From an uncultured delta proteobacterium (GTDB lineage Bacteria > Myxococcota_A > Polyangia > Polyangiales > JAFGIB01): DNA of 64,000 bases. Both the position numbers and the translations under genes were made by a program. The DNA is taken from NCBI GenBank assembly GCA_963778655.1, contig CAVZVA010000010.1, positions 1,312,001 through 1,376,000 of the forward strand, read 5' to 3'. Shown piece after piece: positions 45,364 through 54,030 of the stretch. The notes under the pieces were generated by a model. The model was not told the DNA's origin. It made no database searches and worked only from the letters and a program-made list of their open reading frames with translations. Every line of letters starts with the position of its first letter. Within the stretch, counting starts at the first letter, position 1.

Positions 45364-48300
45364 GTGTCGAGGGCCGTCAGATCACTCCTGCTGCTGTGGC
45401 TGGGCTTTGGGGCGTGCGCCTGCACGCTCGACTTCGGTCGCTTCACGGCGGCCTCCGCCGCCGGCAATACCGGGGGCGACGGCGGCAGCCAGGACGGTGG
45501 TGCAAGCCGGGTCGGCACGCCCTGCAGCCCCGACGGCAGCCGCGACTGCGACGGGCACGCCAGCGTACAGCCGCTCTTGTGCCGCAGCGGCAAGTGGCGG
45601 CCCGCGGCGGCCTGCGCGGACGGCGAGCGCTGCGATACGCGCGCGGGCGCGACCCTGGGCCAGTGCGTGGCGGTCCCCCCCGAGTGCACCGAGCGGATCC
45701 CCGGCGAGGCGTTCTGTGACGGCGACAGCTTGCGCACCTGTGGTCCGGACCTGATTTCCTTCGACGAGGTTTCGTGCGCGCCCGGTGGCCATTGCAACGA
45801 CGGCGGCAGCGGCGCGCGCTGCGACTGCGATCCGGGCTACGCGCCGGGCGCTGCAGGCGGTTGCGTCGGCGGCGGCGACGGGGGCGCAGATGGCGGCGGC
45901 CAGGGCGGGGACGCCTCGGCCGGCGGCGGTGGAGACGCAGGACCCGTCAACGCGCCACCCGACGTGGAGGTGATGTTTCCACGACCCGGCCTGACCGATC
46001 GCGCCGCGATCACGGTGCGCGGCGTGGTGAGTGATCCCGAAGGTGATCCGATCGCGGAGCTGCGCGTCAACGACGCGCTGGCCCAGGTCGGCGCGGATGG
46101 CCGCTTCAGCGTGTCGGCGCCGCTCGAGCTGGGGCGTCACGCGCTCAACGTCCACGTGCAAGACGCGCGCGGGGCCAGCGCCGACATCGCCTCGGTCGAG
46201 CTCGAACGGCTGGGCTACATGTTCCAGCATGCCGCCGACATGGTGCTGGACGCCGCCAACCAGCGCGTGATCGCGGTCGACGACGCGACCGACGCGGTGG
46301 TGGCGATCTCGACCACCGACGGCTCGCGCAGTGTGATCGTGCCGCCTGTCGACAACCCGGTCGGACGCGATAGCCTCGCGCTCGACGCCGCCAACGACCG
46401 TGTGCTGGTGGCCGAGCACAATCCGGGGGCGCTGGCGTGGATCGACCTCGCGACCGGCACGCGCACCTTGGTGTCCGACGCCACACACGGCAGCGGCGAT
46501 GCGATCGTCCCGCGCGCGCCGCTGCTCGATCCCAGCACGCCCGGGCGGGCCTTCGTGCTCGCCGACGGCGCCAACAGCAACTCGGGAGCGTTGGTGTACG
46601 CCGTCGATCTCGCGAGCGGCAACCGCACGCCCGTGATGGTGACCGCGAACAACTGGAGCGGCTGCATCGATCTGCTCTTCGATCAGGCGCGCAATCGCCT
46701 GATCATCGTCAGCTCCGACGGCCTGCTGGCGGTCGCACCGGGCGGCGGCACCGGTGTGGTCGTGGCTACCGGCGTCAACCGGGCGCCGGCCGTGGGCAGC
46801 GGGTCGCCGCTGTTCAATCCTGCGCACGGCGCGCTCGACGGAGATCGCGCGCTGCTTTCCGGTGGGCAGTACGCCGGCAACGGCGCCGTCGCCATTCACG
46901 CCGTGGACCTGGTGAGCGGGAACCACCAGGAGCTGGCGGCGCTCACGCTCGGCGGCGATCCGACTCCGCTCCAGCGCTACGACACCTCTAACCCCTTCGC
47001 CTACGACCCGGCGACCGGCCTGGGCTGGGTGCTCGACAGCAGCGGGCGCTTGCTGTCGGTAAGGCTGCAACCCGGTGATCGCGAGTACTTCTCCGACGTG
47101 CTCTACGGCCAGGGCCCCTCCTTCTACAAGCCGCTCTCGATCGCCGACGACGCGACCCGTAACCGCTGGGTGGTGGCCGACACCGGCGCTCCCGGTGTCT
47201 TGATGGCGGTGGACAAGAAGAGCGGCGACCGGACGCCGATCTCGTCCGACACCCGAGGCACCGGCGACGCGTTCAACAGGCTGGCCGCGGTCGCCGTCGA
47301 CAGCTTGCGGGACCGGCTAATCGCGCTCGATGCCGACAGCCTGTACGCCGTCGATCCGGTGAGCGGCGATCGCAGCGTGATCGCGCGCGACACGACGACC
47401 GGCGGCGTGGGCAGCGGCGCCGCCTTTGCAGGCGCCACCAGCCTGGTGATGGCGGCAGACGGTGTGCACGCGATGGTCGCCGGCTGCTCCGCCAGCTCTG
47501 CTTGCGGCGGTCAGGTGGTCGCCATCGATCTGGTCACCGACGCCACGCAGACCCCGGCGCTGAGCGCGGGCAAACGCACGGTGTTCTCTTCGCAGAACGG
47601 CACCCCGATCCAGCCGCTGTTGGGCATCGCCGTCGCGCCGCAGGCGAACACCGGCATCGAATACCTCGCGATCACCAGCGACTCGCTGTTCGGAATCGAT
47701 CTCAACAACGGCAGTCGCACCCTGATCGCGGGACCCAGCACGGGCAGCGGACCGGCGCTCACCAACCCGGTGGCGGTCGCGTTCGATGCCTACGAAGGCC
47801 GCGCGATCGTGCTCAACGACCACGGCGGCAGCGTGGTCGCGGTCGATCTGGACACAGGCGATCGCAGCCCGGTGAGCGACCAGTCCGCCAATGCCGGGCC
47901 GTACCCCAGCTTGATCTCCGGCCTGATCGCCGACGACAGCAGCCATGCTCTGTTGCTGGCAGAAGGCTGGGGCGATAATGACGCGGGCCTGGTCGAAGTG
48001 CAGCTGTGCGACCGCAAGCGCAGCCTGGTCTCGGATCAGGCGCGCGGCGAATGGAACGCGGTTGCGACCGTGCTGGACGCTCCCAACAGCCTGCTGTACG
48101 CCGGACAGAGCCCGCTCGACGTCGACGATGCGACGCTCGGTGCGAAGGTGCTCGCGCTCGACACCCGCACCGGCAACGTGGGCGTGATCTCCGACGACGC
48201 CGATGACGGCGGCTCGCCGCGCTGGAAGGTCCCGATCGCCCTGGCGCTCGACCCCGGTGGCGGACGCTTGCTCGGGGCGAGCCTGTTCTACTCCACGCCC

Positions 48301-48957
48301 AACCCGGTGCTCGCGATCGAGCTCGGCGACGGCACCCAGAGCGTGCTGTCGGACTCGAACACCGGCGCGGGAGTGGCCTGGCAGGCCGTCTTCGACCTGG
48401 CGTGGGACGGAGCCCACGACCGCGCGCTGGCGGCCGCGCTCGGGCTCCCGGGCATCATCGCGATCGATCCCGCAAGCGGCGATCGCGTGGTGCTATCCGG
48501 AGGTCCCAACGGCGCCGGCACCGCGCTGACCGGGCCGCGCGCCTGCGCGCTCGATGCGTCCGGCAACCGGCTGGTCACGGTCGACGGTACCGAGCTGATC
48601 GCGATCGACCTCGAGAGCGGCGACCGCAGCCCGCTTTCGGGTGCGAGCGCGGGCAGCGGGCCGGCGCTGATCGCGCCCCAGCGTGTGGTTCTCGATCAAG
48701 CGGGCTCCCGAGCGATCGTGCTCGACATCGGCGACAGCAACACCGACGCCACGCTGGTCGCGGTCGACTTGAGCGATGGCACGCGCAGCACGCTCGCGAC
48801 CCTTCCCCGGCGCTGGTACGGCACGAGCGTGCTGGTGCCGCCCTCGATCGCGTTCGACGGCGCCTCCTCGATTGCCTACCTCGGGCCTGTGACCGGCTTG
48901 TTTGCGCTGGATCCGTCCAGCGGGGACTACGTCCTGATGGCTGGCTATGGCGACTGA
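45364..48957 (+). CDS. Large surface lipoprotein: Cys-rich/EGF-like region, Ig-like domain and multi-blade beta-propeller repeats
   Basis: GTG 45364, signal ending GACAC. Cys-rich N-terminus, NAPPDVEV Ig-like domain, many A(V/I)DL.(S/T)G.R..(V/L)S....G.G repeats. Confidence 0.75.
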   Translation: MSRAVRSLLLLWLGFGACACTLDFGRFTAASAAGNTGGDGGSQDGGASRVGTPCSPDGSRDCDGHASVQPLLCRSGKWRPAAACADGERCDTRAGATLGQCVAVPPECTERIPGEAFCDGDSLRTCGPDLISFDEVSCAPGGHCNDGGSGARCDCDPGYAPGAAGGCVGGGDGGADGGGQGGDASAGGGGDAGPVNAPPDVEVMFPRPGLTDRAAITVRGVVSDPEGDPIAELRVNDALAQVGADGRFSVSAPLELGRHALNVHVQDARGASADIASVELERLGYMFQHAADMVLDAANQRVIAVDDATDAVVAISTTDGSRSVIVPPVDNPVGRDSLALDAANDRVLVAEHNPGALAWIDLATGTRTLVSDATHGSGDAIVPRAPLLDPSTPGRAFVLADGANSNSGALVYAVDLASGNRTPVMVTANNWSGCIDLLFDQARNRLIIVSSDGLLAVAPGGGTGVVVATGVNRAPAVGSGSPLFNPAHGALDGDRALLSGGQYAGNGAVAIHAVDLVSGNHQELAALTLGGDPTPLQRYDTSNPFAYDPATGLGWVLDSSGRLLSVRLQPGDREYFSDVLYGQGPSFYKPLSIADDATRNRWVVADTGAPGVLMAVDKKSGDRTPISSDTRGTGDAFNRLAAVAVDSLRDRLIALDADSLYAVDPVSGDRSVIARDTTTGGVGSGAAFAGATSLVMAADGVHAMVAGCSASSACGGQVVAIDLVTDATQTPALSAGKRTVFSSQNGTPIQPLLGIAVAPQANTGIEYLAITSDSLFGIDLNNGSRTLIAGPSTGSGPALTNPVAVAFDAYEGRAIVLNDHGGSVVAVDLDTGDRSPVSDQSANAGPYPSLISGLIADDSSHALLLAEGWGDNDAGLVEVQLCDRKRSLVSDQARGEWNAVATVLDAPNSLLYAGQSPLDVDDATLGAKVLALDTRTGNVGVISDDADDGGSPRWKVPIALALDPGGGRLLGASLFYSTPNPVLAIELGDGTQSVLSDSNTGAGVAWQAVFDLAWDGAHDRALAAALGLPGIIAIDPASGDRVVLSGGPNGAGTALTGPRACALDASGNRLVTVDGTELIAIDLESGDRSPLSGASAGSGPALIAPQRVVLDQAGSRAIVLDIGDSNTDATLVAVDLSDGTRSTLATLPRRWYGTSVLVPPSIAFDGASSIAYLGPVTGLFALDPSSGDYVLMAGYGD

Positions 48958-49048
48958 GCGGCGCGAGCGCCTTGGCCGGCCAGCGCGCGGCGTCTTCGCT
49001 CCGCGCTTGCCCGCCCCATCGGGTCGCGTTAGCGTCGGGGCCTGCACG

Positions 49049-50026
49049 ATGGGGGCTTGGTTGCGATACGCGCTGGTGGCAGGCTCGCTGTTGTTCGCGT
49101 TGGGCGCGAGCGTGCGCGGCGTGCGCGCCGAGGACGTGGACTACGCCACCACCATCCGCGACGCCATCGCGGAGTACGATGCGGGGCGCTACGAAGAGGC
49201 CGCGGCGCTGTTCGAGCGCGCGCACGCCAAGTCGCCGAGCGCGCGCACCCACCGCGGGCTGGGGCTGGCCTACTTCCAATCGCGCAAGTATTCCCTGGCG
49301 GTGCGCCATCTGCGCGCCGCGCTCTCGGACACGCGCCGGCCGCTGAGCGGGACCCAGCGTGCCGAGGCCGAGCGCTTTCTCAAGCAGGCGCTGCACTTCG
49401 TCGCTCGCTTCAAGCTGGTGCTCGATCCGGCCGACGCCGAGGTGCAGGCCGACGGACACGAAGGCGAGCGCCAGGGTGACGAGCTACTGCTCGACCCCGG
49501 GCAGCACGAGCTGATCGTGCACGCGCCCGAGCACCAGGACGAGCGGCGCATCGTCGAGGCGATCGCCGGCTCCAGCTCGGAGCTGGAGATCAAGCTGGCC
49601 CCGAGCGCGCCGTCGCAGGGCGAGCAGGCCGCTGCGCGGGTCGAGGCGCCGCCGGTCGGTGCTCCGCTCCCCCAGCAGCCGACCCGGCAGGGCCAGGGGC
49701 GCGGCATCGGGCCCTACATCGTGGCCGGCGCGGGCGGCGCGCTGCTGGTCGGCGCGCTGGTCACCGGGCTGGTCGCCAACGGCCTGTATGACAAGCTCGA
49801 CCGTGACTGCCCCAAGGGCGCCTGCAGCGACCCCAAGCTGATCAGCGACCGCAATACCGGCAAGACACTGGTGGTGACCACCAACGTGCTGCTGGTCACC
49901 GGCCTGGTCGCGGTGGCCGCAGGCGCGACCTTTTGGCTGCTCGCTCCCAGCGGCTCGCACGAGACCCGGGTGGCCGCGGTCTGTGCCCCGGGCGGCTGCG
50001 CGCTCTCGCTGGCGGGCCGACTGTAG
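49049..50026 (+). CDS. TPR + PEGA domain protein
   Basis: Signal peptide, TPR (YDAGRYEEAAALFERA), PEGA-like LDPGQHEL, C-terminal hydrophobic hairpin with C.KGAC. Confidence 0.82.
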   Translation: MGAWLRYALVAGSLLFALGASVRGVRAEDVDYATTIRDAIAEYDAGRYEEAAALFERAHAKSPSARTHRGLGLAYFQSRKYSLAVRHLRAALSDTRRPLSGTQRAEAERFLKQALHFVARFKLVLDPADAEVQADGHEGERQGDELLLDPGQHELIVHAPEHQDERRIVEAIAGSSSELEIKLAPSAPSQGEQAAARVEAPPVGAPLPQQPTRQGQGRGIGPYIVAGAGGALLVGALVTGLVANGLYDKLDRDCPKGACSDPKLISDRNTGKTLVVTTNVLLVTGLVAVAAGATFWLLAPSGSHETRVAAVCAPGGCALSLAGRL

Positions 50027-50044
50027 CCCACGCGCGGCCGGCGC

Positions 50045-50740
50045 TCACTGGCGCTTGCGCCGCGGCTGGCTATGCGGCGGCGGCAGCAGCGACTCGAGCA
50101 GCAGGTCGCTCTTCTGGTCGACGCGTTGCACCAACTCCGAGGTCGCCGCCACGCTCGACTCGAGCCCGGCCGCGTGGTCGCGCAGCGCCTGCACCGCCTG
50201 GCGATCCCGCTCGGCGTGGCCGCGGACGCGCTGCAGCTCGCCGCGCAGCGCGCTCACCGTGGCGTAGCCGTACCAGCCAGCGAGGCCAACCAGGGCCAGC
50301 GCCAGGGCTGCGGCGCTCCACGCCACGATGCGAACGCCGCTCCGAGGGGCCGCAGCGGCAGCCAGGGCGCGGTGTGCGCCGGTGGCAGGCTCCGGCTCGG
50401 GCTCGGCCAACGCATGGGCCTGCGGAAAGCTCACGCTCGCCGCGGGCTCCTCCTCCGCGCGCGCGAGCGGCGGCAGCCGCACCTCGGTCGCCGCGTAGGC
50501 CATGCTGGTGCGCAAGCTCAGCCCATGGGTGGCGAAGAAGGAGAGAAATTCCTCTCGGCCCTTGGGCGCGCGCGCGTGCTCGTGCAGGAAGCTCTCGATC
50601 TGGGCGCTGGGCACGTCCTGCTGATCGGGATCGACGCCCAGCGCAAGCAGGTCGTACAGCACGTCCTGCATCGCCTGCACGTCGGCCTCGGCCGTGCTCG
50701 ACCGCGGCGTCCTCGATTGGGCAACACGCACTGCGCTCAT
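50045..50740 (-). CDS. Hypothetical single-pass membrane protein with coiled coil
   Basis: TM segment IVAWSAAALALALVGLAGWY followed by a heptad-rich tail. Confidence 0.6.
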   Translation of the reverse strand: MSAVRVAQSRTPRSSTAEADVQAMQDVLYDLLALGVDPDQQDVPSAQIESFLHEHARAPKGREEFLSFFATHGLSLRTSMAYAATEVRLPPLARAEEEPAASVSFPQAHALAEPEPEPATGAHRALAAAAAPRSGVRIVAWSAAALALALVGLAGWYGYATVSALRGELQRVRGHAERDRQAVQALRDHAAGLESSVAATSELVQRVDQKSDLLLESLLPPPHSQPRRKRQ

Positions 50741-50879
50741 CGTCGCTCTCCTCGCTGGGTGACTGCGACCGACGTTAGGCGTCGCGCGCGGCGGGTCAAG
50801 AAATCGACCAGGCGGGTGGGCGCGGCTGCCCGTCAGGCCTGCGCCGCGGCCCGCGCTCGCGTGCGGCCAAGCGCGCCGC

Positions 50880-51215
50880 TCAGCGCTCGCTGCGCTCGCA
50901 CCAGCGATAGCTGTTGCAGTGCGCACCCTGCGGGCAGTCCCGGTCCGCGCTGCAGGTGCGCGCGCACACGTCCGCGCCCAGGCACACCGACAGGCTGCCG
51001 AAGCGCTCCTGGCAGGACGGCGTGGAGTTGCAGGTCGCCGCGCACTGGCCGTCTATCACGTCGCGCGCGTGGGTGCAGAGCAGACCCAGCTGGCACTCGC
51101 TGTCGTTGCTGCAGGCCCCGCCCAACATGTGCGCGTTGGGCAAGCGTTGCGGCTCGATGTTGCCGATCGCGGCCAGGACCAGGACGCAACACGATGCAAG
51201 CAGCCAGCGACTCAT
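50880..51215 (-). CDS. Small secreted Cys-rich protein
   Basis: MSRWLLASCCVLVLAA signal; 12 Cys in the mature part (CSNDSEC...CSADRDCPQGAHC). Confidence 0.75.
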   Translation of the reverse strand: MSRWLLASCCVLVLAAIGNIEPQRLPNAHMLGGACSNDSECQLGLLCTHARDVIDGQCAATCNSTPSCQERFGSLSVCLGADVCARTCSADRDCPQGAHCNSYRWCERSER

Positions 51216-51494
51216 GGCGGTCTCTCGAAGGGCGCAGGTTCCGGCCACGGAAGGCGTGGTCCGGCAGGGGGAGCGGTCCCGGGGCCCAAGCTCAGCGGCG
51301 TACGGGATCGGAACCGACAAGGAAGTACATATCGCACATCGTACGCAAGTCAACCGCCGATCTCGGCGCCGCGGTCAAGAAACCGCGCGGAAAGCCTGGG
51401 GACAGCCCCCGGCGCAAGCGCATTTCACACGCCGGAAATGCCCGCCCCTCGCGCCTGATGTATCAGCGCGCTCCCGTCCCGAAATGGCGTTTCG

Positions 51495-51567
51495 GAGGAT
51501 TCAACAGGAAGACGGGAAGGCGAGAAGAACAAAATCCTCGGGGCTTCCCGTCTTGCGGTGGATCCTC
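51495..51567. repeat. Palindromic intergenic repeat (REP-like), copy 2
   Basis: GAGGATTCAACAGGAAGACGGGAAGGCGAGAAG...CTTCCCGTCTTGCGGTGGATCCTC; just past the cyaY stop. Confidence 0.8.
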
Positions 51568-51579
51568 TGTGTCGAGGTA

Positions 51580-51906
51580 CTAATCAGTCTCGGAAAGCCG
51601 CAGGCCCCCGACCTCCCACGCGAGCTGCCGCAGCACGCTGAACAGCTCGCCCCGCCCCTTGTCGTCGAGCCAACAGGCCCCGGCCTCGTCATAAGAGAAG
51701 TGCCAGGCGTGCTGGCCGCCGGCCAGCCACAGCTGCTGCACCGGACGCTGCGTGTTGAGCACGATCCGGCGCGCGCCGCGCAGCTCGATCCGCACCACGT
51801 CGCCGCCCGCCTCGATGTCTGCTTCGTCGGGATCCACGTGCTCGAACAGGTCGAGCACGCGCCCGAAGGTCTCGGCCGCCAGTCGTTCGTACGCGCTTTC
51901 GTTCAC
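51580..51906 (-). CDS. cyaY: Frataxin-like iron donor CyaY
   Basis: (M)NESAYERLA, GDVVRIE, IVLNTQRPVQQLWLAG..AWHF; GTG at 51906. Confidence 0.9.
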   Translation of the reverse strand: MNESAYERLAAETFGRVLDLFEHVDPDEADIEAGGDVVRIELRGARRIVLNTQRPVQQLWLAGGQHAWHFSYDEAGACWLDDKGRGELFSVLRQLAWEVGGLRLSETD

Positions 51907-51950
51907 GGCTCGATGCTCTAAGGCCGACACCCGTCCCGGCGCAAGCCGCG

Positions 51951-52532
51951 CTACCGCTCGGACTCCTGCAGCGCTGCGAACATGTTCTGCAGCACGCGGT
52001 AAGTCAGCCCCCAGACCACGCGCTCGCCCACCTCGTAGCCGGGCAAGCGCACGCGCCGGCCGTCGCGCACCAGCTCCTTGACCACGTCGACCTCGCCGCG
52101 TGCCATCGGCCCCAGCGGCGCCCACAGCACCTCCGCCACCTCGTGATTGGGTCGCAGCTCTGCCGCCGAGCGCAGCGCGAACACGAACGGCGCGATCACC
52201 ATCCCGGTGGACGCGGCCGGGTGCTCGTCGAGCGCACCCAACAGCTCGTGGCGGCCGAGATCGAGCCCGACCTCCTCCCGCGTCTCGCGGCGTGCGGTCG
52301 CCAGCAGATCCGGGTCGCTCGGCTCGAGATGGCCGCCGGGCAGCGCCATGTGACCGGACCACGGGTCACCCTCACGCTCGGCGCGCCGTATCAACAGCAG
52401 CTCCACCTCGTGCTGCGCGGGACGCAAGATGGCCGAGACCGCCGCCCTGCGCGTGGCCTCGCCGCTGAAGCGCTGGGGCGTGTGCTGCGAGAGGCGCGTG
52501 CGGATGGTTTGCAGCTCGAGCTCTGCGGTCAC
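51951..52532 (-). CDS. Nudix hydrolase, CoA pyrophosphatase type
   Basis: WSGHMALPGG, Nudix box ARRETREEVGL, VVWGLTYR. Start approximate. Confidence 0.9.
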   Translation of the reverse strand: MTAELELQTIRTRLSQHTPQRFSGEATRRAAVSAILRPAQHEVELLLIRRAEREGDPWSGHMALPGGHLEPSDPDLLATARRETREEVGLDLGRHELLGALDEHPAASTGMVIAPFVFALRSAAELRPNHEVAEVLWAPLGPMARGEVDVVKELVRDGRRVRLPGYEVGERVVWGLTYRVLQNMFAALQESER

Positions 52533-52637
52533 GCCGACCCGGTAGCGCCATCGGGCCGCGGGGTCAACCTGCACGGCGGCGTGGCCGGAGCCGTCGCGCT
52601 CTGCTAGCGTCACGTTTTCTCAACCCACGACTCTGCC

Positions 52638-53615
52638 ATGACCATCGACACCGAAATCCTCAAGCGAGGCCTGTCTCTAACGCTGTCACGCACCGAGCTC
52701 GGCTGGCTCGGCAGGCGTTACGAGGGCAAGGTCCGCGACAACTACAGCACCGCGGACGGCCGCCGCGTGATCGTGGTCACCGACCGCGTCAGCGCCTTCG
52801 ATCGCGTGCTCGGCACGCTGCCGTTCAAGGGCCAGGTGCTCAACCGCCTGGCTGCCTACTGGTTCGAGCGCACCGCGTCGCTGGTGCCCAACCATATGCT
52901 CTCCGTCCCCGACCCCAACGCCATGGAGTGCCTGGAGTGCGAGCCGCTGCCGGTGGAGATGGTGGTGCGCGGCTACCTGACCGGCGTCAGCTCCACCAGC
53001 ATCCTGACCGCGTACCAGCGCGGCGAGCGCGAGTTCTGCGGCCACCGCCTGCCCGAAGGCCTGCGCCCCCACCAGCGCCTGCCCGAGCCGCTGCTCACGC
53101 CTACCACCAAGGCAGCGCACGGGGCCCACGACGAGAACGTCTCGCGCGAGCAGCTGCTGCAGAGCAGCGCGCTCGACGCGGACGACTTCGACCGCGCCGC
53201 CTCGCACGCGATGGCGCTGTTCGCGCTCGGCCAGAAGCTGTGCGCCGAGCGCGGCCTGATCCTGGTCGACACCAAGTACGAGCTGGGCAAGACCAAGGAC
53301 GGCCGCATCGTGTTGATCGACGAGATCCACACCCCGGATTCGTCACGCTTCTGGTTTGCGGAGAGCTACGAGCAACGCATGCGCGCGGGCGAGACGCCCG
53401 AATCCTTCGACAAGGAGTACCTGCGACGCTGGCTGGCGGCGCAGGGCTTCCGCGGCGACGGGCCGATCCCGGCGATTCCCGACGAGGTGCGGCTGGAATC
53501 CGCGCGCCGCTACATCGAGGCCTGCGAGGCCGTGCAGGGCACGCCGTTCGTGCCCGATCTCGAGCCGCCGGCCGAGCGCATCGAGCGCAACCTGCGCGCC
53601 AAGGTGCGGCCGTGA
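52638..53615 (+). CDS. purC: SAICAR synthase
   Basis: [56 protein letters not shown]. Confidence 0.97.
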   Translation: MTIDTEILKRGLSLTLSRTELGWLGRRYEGKVRDNYSTADGRRVIVVTDRVSAFDRVLGTLPFKGQVLNRLAAYWFERTASLVPNHMLSVPDPNAMECLECEPLPVEMVVRGYLTGVSSTSILTAYQRGEREFCGHRLPEGLRPHQRLPEPLLTPTTKAAHGAHDENVSREQLLQSSALDADDFDRAASHAMALFALGQKLCAERGLILVDTKYELGKTKDGRIVLIDEIHTPDSSRFWFAESYEQRMRAGETPESFDKEYLRRWLAAQGFRGDGPIPAIPDEVRLESARRYIEACEAVQGTPFVPDLEPPAERIERNLRAKVRP

Positions 53616-53670
53616 TGCGCCCCCCCGGGCGCCGGCCGCGGGCGGCTCACACCCGCGCCTGGGGGCGCTG

Positions 53671-53895
53671 ATGCGCTCCCTCGTGCCCCCCCCAGCGCCC
53701 GCGTTGCGGCCCCAGCGCCCGCAGCTGCGCGAAGGGCTGCTGCTGCTCGGCTTTCTGCTGGTGCTGGCCGCGGCGGTGATGACGGTCGTGATTCCCGAGC
53801 TGTCGAAGGAGCCGGACGAGGGCGGGCCGAGCACGCGCCCGGCCCCCGCCGCCCCGGTAGCGGCCGCCCCCGCGGCGCCGGCCGCCAAGCCATAA
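53671..53895 (+). CDS. Small membrane protein
   Basis: Single TM (GLLLLGFLLVLAAAVMTVVIP) and Ala/Pro tail; 74 aa. Confidence 0.55.
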   Translation: MRSLVPPPAPALRPQRPQLREGLLLLGFLLVLAAAVMTVVIPELSKEPDEGGPSTRPAPAAPVAAAPAAPAAKP

Positions 53896-54030
53896 TCGGG
53901 CCTGGCGCCCCCCAAAGCCCTCAACTCACCGACTGGTGAGCATTTTTCCGCGGCTAAAGACGTTCCATCGCTACGTTGTTTTGCGGGCGGGGGCGTCCTG
54001 CGGCAACATGGATCGGGTGGTGTAAATCGG

